Positions 49,165 to 60,726 are shown, counted from the stretch's first letter. The stretch: DNA of 64,000 bases from Caulobacteraceae bacterium (GCA_052441165.1 JBQVQW010000014.1:799-64798); one strand, 5' to 3'. Notes: generated by a model not told the origin, from the sequence alone. A program made the numbers and translations.

Positions 49165-50364
49165 TCAGCCGGCCTTCAGGACGCCCAGCTCTGTCCCCGC
49201 GGTGATGAACGCCGCCACTGTTTGATCGATCTGATCGAACGTATGCGCCGCCGACATCTGGGTGCGAATGCGGGCCTGGCCGCGAGGAACCACCGGGAAG
49301 CTGAAGCCTATGACGTAGACGCCCAGCTCCAGCATTCGGGCGGCCATATCCTGCGCCAGCTTCGCGTCGCCCAGCATCACCGGAATGATGGGGTGCTCGC
49401 CCGGCAGCAGCGTGAAGCCTGCCTCGGTCATGGCGGCGCGATAGCGGGCGGCGTTGGCGAACAGCTGCGTGCGCAGGGCGTCGCCCTCGGCGGCGCCGGC
49501 GATCCGGATGGCCTCCAGCGAAGAGCCGCAGACGGCCGGCGAGAGGGCGTTCGAGAACAGGTACGGGCGGGCGCGCTGTTTCAGCAGGGCCACGACGTTC
49601 GACCTCGCGCAGATGAAACCGCCCATGGCTCCGCCCAAGGCCTTGCCGAAGGTGCCGGTGACGAAGTCGACCTCGACGCCGTGGTGCGCATAGGAGCCGC
49701 GCCCCTGCGGGCCGAGGAAGCCGGTGGCGTGGCAGTCGTCGACCATGATCAGGGCGTTGTATCTGTCCGCCAGCGCCCGGATGTCCTTCAGCCTGGCGAT
49801 ATAGCCGTCCATCGAGAAGGCGCCGTCGGTGGCGATGACGATCTCGCGGGCCCCGTCGGCGCGGGCCTGCTTCAGCTGCGCCTCAAGGTCGTCCATGTCC
49901 GAGGTGGCGAAGCGATAGCGTTTCGCCTTGCATAGCCGGACGCCGTCTATGATCGAGGCGTGGTTCAGGCTGTCCGACACGATGGCGTCGGCGTCGGTGA
50001 ACAGGGGCTCGAATATGCCGCCATTGGCGTCGAAAGCCGCAGCGAACAGGATCGTGTCCTCGAAGCCGAGATAGTCTGCGATCGCGCGCTCAAGCTCCTT
50101 GTGGATCTCCAGCGTGCCGCAGATGAAGCGGACCGAGGCTGTGCCGGCGCCCCATTGCTCCTGCGCCCTGATCCCGGCCTGGGTGACGCGCTCGTCACCG
50201 GCGAGACCGAGGTAGTTGTTGGCGCAGAAGTTAAACACGTCGCGCCCGCCCACCCTGATGACCGGGCCCTGGCGTGAGGCGATAATCCGCTCGGGCTTGG
50301 TCAGCCCCTGCGCGTCGATGTCGGCGAGTTCCGCGGAGACGCGGTCATGGAAGGTCGCTGTCAT
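49165..50364 (-). CDS. kbl: 2-amino-3-ketobutyrate CoA ligase (glycine C-acetyltransferase)
   Basis: NFCANNYLGL, SVRFICGT, LNHASIIDG, DDCHATG, TGTFGKALGG (PLP Lys), ARIRTQMSA. Confidence 0.96.
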   Translation of the reverse strand: MTATFHDRVSAELADIDAQGLTKPERIIASRQGPVIRVGGRDVFNFCANNYLGLAGDERVTQAGIRAQEQWGAGTASVRFICGTLEIHKELERAIADYLGFEDTILFAAAFDANGGIFEPLFTDADAIVSDSLNHASIIDGVRLCKAKRYRFATSDMDDLEAQLKQARADGAREIVIATDGAFSMDGYIARLKDIRALADRYNALIMVDDCHATGFLGPQGRGSYAHHGVEVDFVTGTFGKALGGAMGGFICARSNVVALLKQRARPYLFSNALSPAVCGSSLEAIRIAGAAEGDALRTQLFANAARYRAAMTEAGFTLLPGEHPIIPVMLGDAKLAQDMAARMLELGVYVIGFSFPVVPRGQARIRTQMSAAHTFDQIDQTVAAFITAGTELGVLKAG

Positions 50365-50404
50365 GCGCGCTCGCTACGCCGAATCCGTGACGGATTGAAC
50401 CCCT

Positions 50405-51328
50405 TTAAGCAGTCGGCTGGGGCGCAGGCTGCGGCGCGCCGGTCAGCGGACGGATCGGGCTGACGCGGATACGCCCGCCGCAGGGGCTGATCGGCGTATC
50501 CAGCGAAACCGCCGCCGTATCGCCCGGCGCAGTCACGCGAATGCGGGTCGAGGCCGGGCAGTTTCGCTCGCCTGCGCCCTCGTTCGGCACCACCGACCAT
50601 GCCAGTTCGAACGCGGCCTTGGCCTGGGGAGCCAGGGTGACGAGCGCCGGCGCCTGCCCTTGAGTGAAATAGCTGCCGGGGCTCTGCTCGCTGCGGATGG
50701 CGGTGAGGTTCCGGCCCTGCCGGTCCTGCAGCACCACGCCCGGATAGCCGGTCAGGGTGCAGGCGGCGCTGCCGACGTTCTGAATCCCTATGTTGGTGAC
50801 GCGATTGCCCGCGCCGGCGTCTCCGCCTTCACTGGAAAGCTTCAGTTGCGGGCCGCGGCACGGCTGGGCCGTAGAGGTCGGCAGAACGCCGCCCGGGGCC
50901 GGTTGCGGCGTCGGCTGGGGACCCGGCGCAATGGGCCCGGACGAGGGCCGGCTGCAACGCTCCAGCACCGCCGATCCCACCTCTTCGTTCGGGCCCAGAC
51001 GGCTGAGGGTGGCGCTTTCGGTTCCATCGCGGGTGGCCGTCCACCATTCGATCCCTGATCCGGTATATCGGGCCCCCGATGCCGCCTGCACCGTCCGCAG
51101 GGTGTAGCCCTGGCCCTGATAGGTCAGCTGGGCGGTCGAGGTGTCCGGATAGGCGACCGAGACCGACTGGCCGCTTTCGCAGGCGTAGCTCACTGGTGGT
51201 GCGGCGGGAGCCGATGACGCCGGCAACGGCGTGACCGGTGCAGGCGGCTCGGCCGCTTCCTGCGAGCAGGCGGCCACGGTCAGGGCCAGGGCGGAGACGG
51301 CGACGATGGCAGGGGTCAGACGGCGCAT
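50405..51328 (-). CDS. Lipoprotein with MliC/PliC-like domain fused to a DUF4232-like domain
   Basis: Lipobox VAA-C; YACESG...AASGARY...WWT (MliC); C...L.....GDAGAGNR...NVGSAACTLTGYPGV (DUF4232). Confidence 0.82.
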   Translation of the reverse strand: MRRLTPAIVAVSALALTVAACSQEAAEPPAPVTPLPASSAPAAPPVSYACESGQSVSVAYPDTSTAQLTYQGQGYTLRTVQAASGARYTGSGIEWWTATRDGTESATLSRLGPNEEVGSAVLERCSRPSSGPIAPGPQPTPQPAPGGVLPTSTAQPCRGPQLKLSSEGGDAGAGNRVTNIGIQNVGSAACTLTGYPGVVLQDRQGRNLTAIRSEQSPGSYFTQGQAPALVTLAPQAKAAFELAWSVVPNEGAGERNCPASTRIRVTAPGDTAAVSLDTPISPCGGRIRVSPIRPLTGAPQPAPQPTA

Positions 51329-51395
51329 GAACGGTTCCCGGTTTCGGACAACGGCGTTAACGCGAGCAACCCGCAAAGGCTCCGCTTGCCCCGGA

Positions 51396-52367
51396 TCAGG
51401 TCGTCAGGACGCGCGGCAGCTTGAACGTCACGGTCTCACGAGCGCCGTTGTCCTCCACGACCTCGACGGCGAAGCGTTCGCCTGCTGCCTCGATCAGCTC
51501 GACGATCAGCTTTTCGGGCGCGGAGGCCCCGGCCGTGATGCCAAGGGTGGAAACCCCGTCCAGCCAACTCCAGTCGACATGGCTGGCGTCATCCACCAGC
51601 CGGGCGTCGCGGGCGCCGGCCTTCATGGCCACCTCTACCAGCCGGACTGAGTTGGAGGAGTTCTTGGACCCGACCACCAGCACCAGTTCGCACCCTTCGC
51701 CCAGACGCTTCACGGCTTCCTGACGGTTCGTGGTGGCGTAGCAGATGTCTTCCTTGTGCGGGTCCGGCAACTCCGGGAACCGACGTTTCAGGGCCGCGAG
51801 GATTTCGGCGGTGTCATCGACCGACAGGGTCGTTTGCGTCGCGTAGGCCAGAGGCTGGTCACCGGGTCTGTCAAAGCCTTCGGCGTCCTCAACCGTCTCG
51901 ATCAGACTGATGGCGCCCGGCGGCAACTGCCCCATGGTGCCGACGACCTCGGGGTGCCCCGCGTGGCCGATCAGGATGATGTGACGGCCAGCCGCAAAGT
52001 GCCGCTCCGCCTCGACATGGACCTTGGACACCAGCGGGCAGGTCGCGTCGAGATAGAGCATCTCGCGCTTCCTCGCGGTCTCCGGCACCGACTTGGGCAC
52101 GCCGTGCGCCGAAAAGACCACCGGCCGGTCGTCCGGGCAGTCGTCCAGCTCCTTGACGAAAACCGCGCCCATCGCCTTCAGCCGCTCGACCACATGGCGG
52201 TTATGAACGATCTCGTGCCGTACATAGACGGGCGCGCCGTACTTCTCGATCGCGCGCTCGACGATCTGGATGGCCCGGTCAACACCCGCGCAGAAGCCTC
52301 TGGGCGTAGCGAGGCGAACGGTCAGGGGACGCTTTTCGGCCGGATGGATCGGCTGGTGCACGGTCAT
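51396..52367 (-). CDS. ispH: 4-hydroxy-3-methylbut-2-enyl diphosphate reductase
   Basis: [48 protein letters not shown]. Confidence 0.98.
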   Translation of the reverse strand: MTVHQPIHPAEKRPLTVRLATPRGFCAGVDRAIQIVERAIEKYGAPVYVRHEIVHNRHVVERLKAMGAVFVKELDDCPDDRPVVFSAHGVPKSVPETARKREMLYLDATCPLVSKVHVEAERHFAAGRHIILIGHAGHPEVVGTMGQLPPGAISLIETVEDAEGFDRPGDQPLAYATQTTLSVDDTAEILAALKRRFPELPDPHKEDICYATTNRQEAVKRLGEGCELVLVVGSKNSSNSVRLVEVAMKAGARDARLVDDASHVDWSWLDGVSTLGITAGASAPEKLIVELIEAAGERFAVEVVEDNGARETVTFKLPRVLTT

Positions 52368-52514
52368 GGCGCGGAACCTAGTCTCTCGCTGCCCGGTTCG
52401 CCACCGCCCTTTCCGCTCGCGCGGGTTTGCCGCGCCTCGCTTTAGCCGCTATCAGCGGCAAGCGTGCGGTCGGCGTCGGGCTGTCGCCGCCTCCTCGATC
52501 CTGGAAGAGCATTG

Positions 52515-53201
52515 ATGCGTCGCGTCCTGAAGGTTTCCCTGGCCTCGCTGATGGCCGCCGCCACCCTTTCGGTCGGCATGGCCCCCTCAATCGCAGAGGC
52601 GCAGTCCCAGCGACCGGGCGGCAGCGGACAACAAGCCGACGATCAACCCCAGCGCAGCACCCGCGCGCCGCGCATTGCGCCCCTGCAGCGCCGCGCCGCC
52701 GCGGGCCCCTGCCCCTATGTGAAAATCCTTTACGACGCCGCCCGCTACGTCGAAATGCCGGGCGGCCGGGTGAGCGCATCCAACATCGGCTACACCGGCG
52801 AGATCGAGGGTCTGGTTTCGGACTGCGCCTATCAGGCCGACGAGCCGATCGAGGTCCAGACCCGCGTGCTGTTCAGCCTCGGACGCGGTCCGCAGGCCCA
52901 GGGCGATGGTCGCACCTACCGCTACTGGATCGCGGTGACCGAGCGTAACCGCGCCGTCCTCGACAAGGTCTATTTCGACCTGCCGGTCACCTTCGAGCCG
53001 GGCTCGAACCGGACCGAAGTCACCCAGGACAACACCATCGTCATCCCGCGCGCCTCGATCGAGACCAGCGGCGGAAACTTCGAGATTCTCGTCGGCTTCG
53101 ACGTCACCCCGGAAATGGCCGAGTTCAACCGCTCGGGCAGCCGCTTCCGCGTCAACGCCGGTGCGACGCCGGCTCCCGCCGCATCGACCACGGGACAGTA
53201 A
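52515..53201 (+). CDS. Conserved exported hypothetical protein
   Basis: Signal-like N-terminus, Cys pair (GPCP, SDCAY), beta-rich body; stop overlaps the argS start (TAATG). Confidence 0.8.
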   Translation: MRRVLKVSLASLMAAATLSVGMAPSIAEAQSQRPGGSGQQADDQPQRSTRAPRIAPLQRRAAAGPCPYVKILYDAARYVEMPGGRVSASNIGYTGEIEGLVSDCAYQADEPIEVQTRVLFSLGRGPQAQGDGRTYRYWIAVTERNRAVLDKVYFDLPVTFEPGSNRTEVTQDNTIVIPRASIETSGGNFEILVGFDVTPEMAEFNRSGSRFRVNAGATPAPAASTTGQ

Positions 53202-55003
53202 TGACCGACCTCAGGACTGAACTGGGCGAAGCGGTCGCAGCCGCCTTCGCCGCCGAAGGCGTGGACACGGCGCTGGCGCGCGTCACCGCATCCGACCGGC
53301 CTGATCTGGCTGACTTTCAGTCAAACGGCGCCCTGGCCGCCGCCAAGGCGCTGAAAGCCAATCCGCGCGAGCTGGCCGCGAAGGTCGCCGCGCATCTGGA
53401 GGGCGACGCGCGCCTGTCCTCCATCGAGATCGCAGGCCCGGGTTTCATCAACCTGAAACTGTCGGACGCCGCCCTCGCGAAGCGCGCGGCCGAAGTGGCC
53501 GCCGATGCCGATCATTCCGGCGCCGCCCCGGTCTCCGGGCCGCGCAAGGTCGTCATCGATTATGCCGGCCCGAACGTGGCCAAGCCCATGCACGTCGGCC
53601 ATCTGCGCTCGTCCATCATCGGCGAGAGCCTGAAACGGCTGCACCGCTTCCGCGGCGACACCGTCTGGGGCGACGCCCACTTCGGCGACTGGGGCTTCCA
53701 GATGGGCCTCCTGATCGTCGCCACAGGCGACGAGGGCAAGGCTGAAGCCTTCATGGCCGAGGGCGACGGCCCCTTCCCGGCCGAGAGCCCGGTTACCTTG
53801 GAGGACCTCGAGCGCCTGTATCCGCAAGCTGCGGCCAGGGCCAAGGAAGACCCGGCCTTCCGCGACCGCGCCCGCAAGGCCACCGCTGAACTGCAAGGCG
53901 GCCGGGCCGGCTATCGTGCGCTCTGGAAGCATATGCACGACGTCTCGATGGCGGCGCTGCAGCGCGAGTTCTCGGCCTTGGGCGTCACCTTCGACCTCTG
54001 GAACGGCGAGTCCGACGCCGATCCCCTGATCCCCGGCATGGTCGAGGAACTGCGCGAGAAGGGCCTGCTCGTTGAGGACGACGGCGCCCAGGTGGTGCAC
54101 GTCGCCCGCCCTGGTGAGACCCGCAAGAAGAAGCTGGCCGACGGCAGCGTGATCGAGGCTCCCAGCCCGCCTCCCCTGCTGGTCGTCTCGTCGGAAGGCT
54201 CTGCCATGTACGGCACGACCGACCTGGCCACGATCAAGCAGCGTCGGCGCGATCAGGACTTCGACCTGGTGCTCTATGTCGTTGACGAGCGGCAGGCAGA
54301 GCATTTCGAGCAGGTGTTCCGTGGCGCGTATCTCGCCGGCTATGCCGCCGAGGGTCAGCTGAACCACCTCGGTTTCGGCACGATGAACGGGCCGGACGGA
54401 AAGCCCTTCAAGACCCGCGCTGGCGGTGTTCTGAAACTGCATGACCTGATCACCCAGGCGACCGACAAGGCGCGCGAGCGTCTGAAGGAAGCGAAGCTGG
54501 GAGATGACCTGCCTGAGGCCGAGTTCGAGGACATCGCGCACAAGGTCGCGGTCGCGGCCCTGAAGTTCGCCGATCTGTCGAACAGCCGGACCACGAGCTA
54601 CGTCTTCGATCTCGACCGCTTCATGAGCTTCGAAGGCAAGACCGGGCCCTACCTGCTTTATCAGGCCGTCCGTATCAAATCCCTGCTGCGCAAGGCCGCA
54701 GACCAGGGTGCGGCGCCCGGCCCCATCGCCATCTCCGAGCCGGCCGAGCGCGATCTGGCCCTGACTCTGGACGCCTTCTCGCAGGCGACGGTCGAGGCCT
54801 ACGACAAGCGTATGCCCCACGTGATCGCCGAGCACGCCTACCGGCTGGCCCAGTCGTTCTCGAAATTCTACGCGGCCTGCCCGGTGCTGATCGCGCCGGA
54901 CGAAGCGACCAAGGGGTCGCGTCTGGCGCTGTCGAAGGCGGCGCTGGACCAGCTCGAGATCGCACTGACCCTTCTGGGCATCGATACGCCGGAGCGGATG
55001 TAG
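53201..55003 (+). CDS. argS: Arginine--tRNA ligase
   Basis: [21 protein letters not shown] (HIGH), GDWG, FKTRAGG (KMSKS-like), GKTGPYLLY. Confidence 0.97.
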   Translation: MTDLRTELGEAVAAAFAAEGVDTALARVTASDRPDLADFQSNGALAAAKALKANPRELAAKVAAHLEGDARLSSIEIAGPGFINLKLSDAALAKRAAEVAADADHSGAAPVSGPRKVVIDYAGPNVAKPMHVGHLRSSIIGESLKRLHRFRGDTVWGDAHFGDWGFQMGLLIVATGDEGKAEAFMAEGDGPFPAESPVTLEDLERLYPQAAARAKEDPAFRDRARKATAELQGGRAGYRALWKHMHDVSMAALQREFSALGVTFDLWNGESDADPLIPGMVEELREKGLLVEDDGAQVVHVARPGETRKKKLADGSVIEAPSPPPLLVVSSEGSAMYGTTDLATIKQRRRDQDFDLVLYVVDERQAEHFEQVFRGAYLAGYAAEGQLNHLGFGTMNGPDGKPFKTRAGGVLKLHDLITQATDKARERLKEAKLGDDLPEAEFEDIAHKVAVAALKFADLSNSRTTSYVFDLDRFMSFEGKTGPYLLYQAVRIKSLLRKAADQGAAPGPIAISEPAERDLALTLDAFSQATVEAYDKRMPHVIAEHAYRLAQSFSKFYAACPVLIAPDEATKGSRLALSKAALDQLEIALTLLGIDTPERM

Positions 55004-55010
55004 GCTCGCC

Positions 55011-55625
55011 TCAGGCCAGGGCCAGCATCAGATACGTGGTCAGATTGGCGCCGGCGTGCAGACCCACGCCGGGCCAGATCGATCCGTTCGCCTTGCGCTC
55101 GTTGAGCCATCCCGCGACGAGCGCGATCAGGAAGGCGAAGCCGATCATGCCCGCCCCGATCAGGTTGCGCGCTTCCGGCAGGACAAGCACAGGCAGATGG
55201 ATCGCCGCGAACAGGCTGGCCTGAGCGATGTTTCCGCCCCACAGACCGAGCCGTTTGTAGAGCCGCTTGGCGATCAGGCCGCGAAACACCAGCTCCTCGG
55301 CGAACGCGGTCTTGATCAGCGCCACCGTCGCAAGCGCCACGAGGGCAGCGACATCGGTACGATCGCCTGCGACCTGATGCACCGCAGTCCCCGGAGCCGA
55401 GGCGACGTCCGACAGCCCCGGAATCTGCAGAAGCGCGACCGCTGTCAGGGCGCCTGTCGCGAAGGCGAGCGCGATGAGACCCGCCGGTGCCGACGTCAGT
55501 CCCAGCCATGTGAGAAGCTCGCTACGCTTGCGCGCGAAGATCGCCCATGCACCGACACAGATCAGCGCCGCGATACAGACTTGAATGATCGTACCCAAGG
55601 CGGCGTCGCTGGGAATCCTGTCCAT
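55011..55625 (-). CDS. CPBP (Abi/CAAX) intramembrane metalloprotease
   Basis: AFAEELVFRG, FAAIH, GLHAGAN motifs; multiple TM helices. Confidence 0.88.
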   Translation of the reverse strand: MDRIPSDAALGTIIQVCIAALICVGAWAIFARKRSELLTWLGLTSAPAGLIALAFATGALTAVALLQIPGLSDVASAPGTAVHQVAGDRTDVAALVALATVALIKTAFAEELVFRGLIAKRLYKRLGLWGGNIAQASLFAAIHLPVLVLPEARNLIGAGMIGFAFLIALVAGWLNERKANGSIWPGVGLHAGANLTTYLMLALA

Positions 55626-55755
55626 GTGGCCCTCCCACGTGTCCGGGCCGGTCAGGAAGGACGTCGCGCCCTGAACGGTCAAGCCAGGTTCGTCGCAAAG
55701 ATCAGTGGACGACGCGCCAGTTGCGCAATCACAATAAAGCGTGAAGGACACCGCC

Positions 55756-56766
55756 ATGACCGATCTCGACGCCTACATCGCCGGCCTGCCCAAGGCCGAA
55801 CTGCACCTGCACATCGAGGGGTCGCTGGAACCCGAGCTGATGTTCGAGCTGGCGCAGCGTAACGGCGTCGCCATTCCGTTCGACAGCGTCGAGGCGGTCC
55901 GTGCGGCCTACGACTTCTCGAACCTGCAGGACTTCCTCGACATCTATTACGCCGGGGCCAACGTCTTGCTGACGCGGCAGGATTTCGAGGATCTGGCGTT
56001 CGCCTATTTCACGCGTGTGGCCGCCGACAATGTCCGTCACGCCGAGATCTTCTTCGACCCCCAGACCCACACAGATCGCGGCGTGCCTTTCGGCGTGGTC
56101 GTCGAGGGGCTGATCGCTGGCATGGATCGGGCGAAGGCCGAACTGGGCGTCACCTCCGGCCTGATCCTCAGCTTCCTGCGTCACCTGACCGAGGAAGAGG
56201 CCTTCGCCACGCTCGAGATGGCGAAGCCGTACCTGCACCACTTCATCGGTGTCGGCCTGGACTCCTCCGAGGTCGGCCACCCGCCGTCCAAGTTCGAGCG
56301 CGTCTTCGCCGCCGCGCGCGAGCTGGGCCTGAAGCTGTGCGCTCACGCCGGTGAGGAGGGGCCGCCGGCCTATGTGCACGAGGCGCTGGACCTGCTGCAG
56401 ATCGACCGGATGGACCACGGCAACCGGTCGATGGAAGACGAAAGCCTGATCGAGCGCCTCGCCGCCGGGCAAATGACGCTGACGGTGTGCCCCCTGTCGA
56501 ACCTGAAGCTCTGTGTGGTCAGGGACCTCAAGGATCACCCCGTTCCCGAGATGCTGCGTCGGGGCCTGCACGTGACCCTGAACTCGGACGATCCCGCCTA
56601 CTTCGGCGGCTATGTGAACGAGAATTACGTCCAGCTCGCCCGGGCCGTCGGCCTGACCCGGGAGCAGGTCACCCAGATGGCGATCAACAGCTTCGAGGGG
56701 AGCTTCCTCCCGGAAGCAGACAAGGCCGTCCGGATCGCGGAGGTGAGGGCCTACGCTGCGCTCTGA
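55756..56766 (+). CDS. add: Adenosine/adenine deaminase
   Basis: PKAELHLHIEGSLEP, AHAGEEG, DHG, CPLSN, NSDDPAYFG. Confidence 0.92.
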   Translation: MTDLDAYIAGLPKAELHLHIEGSLEPELMFELAQRNGVAIPFDSVEAVRAAYDFSNLQDFLDIYYAGANVLLTRQDFEDLAFAYFTRVAADNVRHAEIFFDPQTHTDRGVPFGVVVEGLIAGMDRAKAELGVTSGLILSFLRHLTEEEAFATLEMAKPYLHHFIGVGLDSSEVGHPPSKFERVFAAARELGLKLCAHAGEEGPPAYVHEALDLLQIDRMDHGNRSMEDESLIERLAAGQMTLTVCPLSNLKLCVVRDLKDHPVPEMLRRGLHVTLNSDDPAYFGGYVNENYVQLARAVGLTREQVTQMAINSFEGSFLPEADKAVRIAEVRAYAAL

Positions 56767-56880
56767 AACAGCAGGCGTTGCCACCCGGTACAGGTCCAGG
56801 ATATGACCGCAGAACCGTGTTCGTTACCGGACGTTCCGGGGCGAACGGCGCGCTGTAGCGCCTCGTTGGGGGACTATCGA

Positions 56881-57348
56881 ATGTTCAATCGCCTGAATGC
56901 GCTGGCGCTCGCCTGCGTTCTGACGGCTGCCTCGGCCGCTGCACCCGCTCTTGCGCAGGACGCAAGCCAGACCGCCAACTTCGGCGAAGTCAGCCTGTCT
57001 GCCGGCTTCACGCCAGATCCGCATTCGGTGCGGATGGTGGCCGGTGGCGGCATCGACGCCTCGCGACTGGGCAGTGGATGCGTGGGCAAGATCAGCAACG
57101 CGCCGGATTATCAGGTGACCTACACCGCCGGCGGCTTGCCGCTGGTGTTCCGCACCCGGTCAGGCGAGGACACGACCCTCGTCATCAACGCGCCGAACGG
57201 TTCCTGGCGTTGTGACGATGACAGCTACGGCGATGGCGACGCAGAGGTGCGCTTCAACAATCCGCAGAGCGGCGTGTACGACGTCTGGGTCGGCACCTAC
57301 GGATCGGAGCCGGCGTCAGCCACCCTTCTGATCACCGAAACGCCGTAG
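56881..57348 (+). CDS. Secreted stand-alone PPC-like (peptidase-associated) domain protein
   Basis: Signal peptide, LSAGFTPDP, C.G.I...PD, DTTLVINAPNGSWRCDDD, GVYDVWVGTY. Confidence 0.8.
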   Translation: MFNRLNALALACVLTAASAAAPALAQDASQTANFGEVSLSAGFTPDPHSVRMVAGGGIDASRLGSGCVGKISNAPDYQVTYTAGGLPLVFRTRSGEDTTLVINAPNGSWRCDDDSYGDGDAEVRFNNPQSGVYDVWVGTYGSEPASATLLITETP

Positions 57349-57372
57349 GTGAATACCCAGGTCGAACGGCGG

Positions 57373-57403
57373 GGCCTCCCGGATTTCTCCGGGAGGTCTT
57401 TTC
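57373..57403 (+). terminator. Intrinsic terminator
   Basis: ggcctcccgga-tttc-tccgggaggtc followed by tttt. Confidence 0.7.
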
Positions 57404-57483
57404 GTTTCCCGCGTGCAGCAAGGCCCCGGACACGCCGCCTCGCTTGACTTCGCGCCTGAGTCGGGGCCTAGGTCGCGGCGCTC

Positions 57484-57678
57484 TCGCGGGAGAGATCGGG
57501 GCCGCTTCGGTGGGCCCGGAGCCGAAGGCGCAACCGCCCCGGAAACGCTCAGGCAAACGGACCGCGAAAGCACACGGACGCTGGAAAGTCGGTCTCCGGA
57601 CCGCGCCGACGGAGCAAGGCGCCTCGACATCCTGACCGGGATGAAGGCCGCCGGAATCTCTCAGGCTTCAGGACAGCG
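57484..57678 (+). ncRNA. Tandem glycine riboswitch
   Basis: Two aptamers: GGGAGAG...CCGAAGGCGCAA...ACGCTCAGGCAAACGGACC and CTGGAAAG...CGACGGAGCAA...AATCTCTCAGGC...GGACAG, upstream of gcvT. Confidence 0.95.
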
Positions 57679-57731
57679 GGGGCGCGACGACGGCGGGACT
57701 TCCGCCACAACACGCGACCGCGAGAGTCTGA

Positions 57732-58844
57732 ATGAGCGACGAAACCCTGAAGGTCACCCCGCTGAACGCCGCGCACCGCGCGGCCGGCGCCCGCATGGTC
57801 GGCTTTGGCGGCTACGACATGCCGGTCCAGTACGAGGGCGTGCTGGCCGAGCACCGCTGGACCCGCGAGCACGCCGGCCTGTTCGACGTTTCCCACATGG
57901 GCCAGTGCAAGATCACCGGCGCGGACGCCATCGCCCAGTTCGAGCGCTTCGTTCCCGGCGACTATGAGATCCTGAAGACCGGCAAGCAGAAATACTCGCT
58001 GCTGCTGAACAGCGACGGCGGCATCATCGACGACCTGATGGCCGGAAAGCCGGATCACGACGGCCTGTTCGTCGTCGTGAACGCCGGAAACAAGGACGAG
58101 GACTTCGCCTTCTGGTCGGCCAACCTCCAGGGGGACGCGAAGCTGACCGTTCTGGACCGCGCCCTGATCGCGATCCAGGGGCCCGAGGCCGCCGCCGTCA
58201 TGGAAGCCCATGAGCCGGTCCTGGCCGAAATGGGCTTCATGGACTGCGCCCGCCTGATGGTCTTCGGCGTCGACTGCTACGTCTCCCGCTCGGGCTACAC
58301 CGGCGAGGACGGCTACGAAATCTCGGTGCCGGCCGATCAGGCCGAGCGCATCTGGAACCAGATCCTGAAGGACGCCCGCGTCAAACCGATCGGCCTCGGC
58401 GCCCGCGACAGCCTGCGGCTGGAGGCGGGCCTGCCGTTGCACGGCCACGACATCGACCCGACGACCACCCCGGTGGAAGGCGCCCTGACCTTCGCCCTGT
58501 CGAAGTCGCGCAAGGAGCGCGCCGACTTCAACGGCGCCGAAAAGGTTCTCGGGCAACTCGCCGAAGGCCCGTCGCGCGTCCGCGTCGGCCTGAGTGTCAA
58601 GGAAGGCGCCCCGGCCCGTGAAGGCGCCGAGATCGCCGACGCCGATGGAAACGTCATCGGCAAGGTCACCTCGGGCGGCCCCTCGCCGACCCTCGGACGC
58701 AACATCGCCATGGGCTATGTGCCTCCGGCCTTCGCCGCGCTGGGGACCGAGCTCAAGGTCGTCGTGCGGGGCAAGCCCGCCGCCGCCGAAGTCATCGCCA
58801 TGCCGTTCGTGGCGCAACGCTACTACCGCAAACCCAAAGCCTGA
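57732..58844 (+). CDS. gcvT: Glycine cleavage system T protein
   Basis: [50 protein letters not shown]. Confidence 0.98.
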   Translation: MSDETLKVTPLNAAHRAAGARMVGFGGYDMPVQYEGVLAEHRWTREHAGLFDVSHMGQCKITGADAIAQFERFVPGDYEILKTGKQKYSLLLNSDGGIIDDLMAGKPDHDGLFVVVNAGNKDEDFAFWSANLQGDAKLTVLDRALIAIQGPEAAAVMEAHEPVLAEMGFMDCARLMVFGVDCYVSRSGYTGEDGYEISVPADQAERIWNQILKDARVKPIGLGARDSLRLEAGLPLHGHDIDPTTTPVEGALTFALSKSRKERADFNGAEKVLGQLAEGPSRVRVGLSVKEGAPAREGAEIADADGNVIGKVTSGGPSPTLGRNIAMGYVPPAFAALGTELKVVVRGKPAAAEVIAMPFVAQRYYRKPKA

Positions 58845-58855
58845 GAGATCAGACC

Positions 58856-59221
58856 ATGAAGTTCACCAAGGATCACGAGTGGGTTCGACTCGAAGGCGAC
58901 GTCGCCACCGTCGGCATCTCGAAGCACGCTGCTGACGCCCTCGGCGACGTGGTGTTCGTCGAAACCCCGGAAGCCGGCAAGTCGGTCAGCCAGGGCGACA
59001 GCTTCGCCGTTGTCGAAAGCGTCAAGGCCGCGTCGGACGTCTACGCCCCGGTCTCGGGCGAGGTCGTCGAAGGCAACGCCGCGCTCGGCAACGCCCCGGA
59101 AACCGTCAACGCCGATCCGGAAGGCGAAGGCTGGTTCGCGAAGATCAAGGTCGCCGACGTCTCGCAGCTCGACGCCCTGATGGACCGCGCCGCCTACGAC
59201 GCCTTCCTCGCCACTCTCTGA
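58856..59221 (+). CDS. gcvH: Glycine cleavage system H protein
   Basis: [23 protein letters not shown] (lipoyl Lys), [10 protein letters not shown]. Confidence 0.98.
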   Translation: MKFTKDHEWVRLEGDVATVGISKHAADALGDVVFVETPEAGKSVSQGDSFAVVESVKAASDVYAPVSGEVVEGNAALGNAPETVNADPEGEGWFAKIKVADVSQLDALMDRAAYDAFLATL

Positions 59222-59235
59222 TCGCCCTTCAACAC

Positions 59236-59343
59236 CGCCACCCTCGGGCTTGACCCGAGGGCCGGACGTTCAACCGCCTGTGCGAAGACTTCAAAGCACG
59301 GGCCGCACCACATCCGATCCTCGGGTCAAGCCCGAGGATGACG
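59236..59343. repeat. CGTC-tagged REP doublet, copy B
   Basis: Left end cgccaccctcgggcttgacccgagggccggacg; right end catccgatcctcgggtcaagcccgaggatgacg is the exact reverse complement of the left end of copy A. Confidence 0.9.
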
Positions 59344-59359
59344 GGTGAAGGAATACGGA

Positions 59360-60712
59360 ATGCGCTACCTTCCCCTCACGCCCGACGACCGTTCGGCGAT
59401 GCTCGCCGCGATCGGCGTCAAGTCCGTCGACGACCTGTTCGTGGACGTGCCGCAAGCCGCGCGTCGCGACGGCTTTGTGGACCTGCCCCGCGTGGCGGGC
59501 GAACTGGAGGTGGAGCGGGCTCTCGGCGCCATGGCGGCGAAGAACGCCTCGGCCGGCTCGGTCCCCTTCTTCTGCGGGGCGGGAGCCTACAAGCATCACG
59601 TACCGGCCACGGTGGACCATATCATCCAGCGGTCGGAGTTCCTGACCAGCTACACGCCCTATCAGCCGGAAATCGCGCAAGGCACGCTGCAGTACCTGTA
59701 CGAGTTCCAGACCCAGGTCGCGAACCTCACGGGCATGCCGGTGGCGAACGCCTCGCTCTATGACGGCTCGACCGCCATGGCCGAGGGCGTGCTGATGGCG
59801 ACCCGGGCGACGCGCCGCAACAAGGCGGTCATCTCAGGCGGCGTGCACCCCCACTACGTCCGCGCCACCGAGACCGTCGTCCACGCCGTGGGTGTCGAGA
59901 CCGAGGTCCTGCCGGCGGCCGTGGACGCCGAGGCCGACGTCATCGCCAGGATCGGCCCGGACACCGCCTGCGTGGTCGTTCAGACCCCGAACGTGTTCGG
60001 CGCCGCCACCGACGTGACGAAGATCGCCGAGGCCGCCCAGGCCGCCGGCGCCTTGCTGATCGTCGTCGTCACGGAGGCCGTCTCGATGGGCCTGCTGAAG
60101 TCGCCCGGCGAGATGGGCGCGGACATCGTAGCGGCCGAAGGCCAGTCTATCGGCAACGCCCTGAACTTCGGCGGCCCGTACGTCGGCCTGTTCGCCACCC
60201 GCGACAAGCTGATCCGCCAGATGCCCGGCCGCCTTACCGGTGAGACCGTCGACGCCGACGGCCAGCGCGGCTTCGTGCTGACCCTCTCGACCCGTGAGCA
60301 ACACATCCGTCGCGACAAGGCGACGTCCAACATCTGCACCAACTCGGGCCTGTGCACCCTCGCCTTCACGATCCACATGAGCCTGCTGGGCGAGACAGGT
60401 CTGCGGAAGCTGGCGCTGCTGAACCACGAAAAGGCCGTGGCCACACGGGACGCCCTGGCCGCCATCCCGGGCGTCGAAATCCTCACTCCGCGCTTCTTCA
60501 ACGAGTTCGCAGTCCGGTTGCCGAACGGCAAGGACGCCGCCGAGGTCGTCGAGACCCTGGCCGCCCACCGGATACTGGCAGGCGTGCCTTACAGCCGTCT
60601 GGCTCCGGACGCCGGCATGGACGACGTCCTGCTGGTCGCTGCGACCGAGACCACCCTGGACGCCGACATCAAGCTGCTTGCCGCCTCGCTCGGCAAGGTC
60701 CTGGCCGCCTGA
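59360..60712 (+). CDS. gcvPA: Glycine dehydrogenase subunit 1
   Basis: [50 protein letters not shown]. Confidence 0.97.
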   Translation: MRYLPLTPDDRSAMLAAIGVKSVDDLFVDVPQAARRDGFVDLPRVAGELEVERALGAMAAKNASAGSVPFFCGAGAYKHHVPATVDHIIQRSEFLTSYTPYQPEIAQGTLQYLYEFQTQVANLTGMPVANASLYDGSTAMAEGVLMATRATRRNKAVISGGVHPHYVRATETVVHAVGVETEVLPAAVDAEADVIARIGPDTACVVVQTPNVFGAATDVTKIAEAAQAAGALLIVVVTEAVSMGLLKSPGEMGADIVAAEGQSIGNALNFGGPYVGLFATRDKLIRQMPGRLTGETVDADGQRGFVLTLSTREQHIRRDKATSNICTNSGLCTLAFTIHMSLLGETGLRKLALLNHEKAVATRDALAAIPGVEILTPRFFNEFAVRLPNGKDAAEVVETLAAHRILAGVPYSRLAPDAGMDDVLLVAATETTLDADIKLLAASLGKVLAA

Positions 60713-60726
60713 CGGGAGATCGAACC

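Noticed and set aside
55626-55755. Purine riboswitch upstream of add
   Set aside because: No purine-aptamer consensus is visible.
59338-59359. Upstream starts for gcvPA (ATG 59338 or GTG 59345)
   Set aside because: ATG 59338 comes from the REP end and is out of frame. ATG 59360 gives the conserved MRYLP start with an AAGGA RBS.
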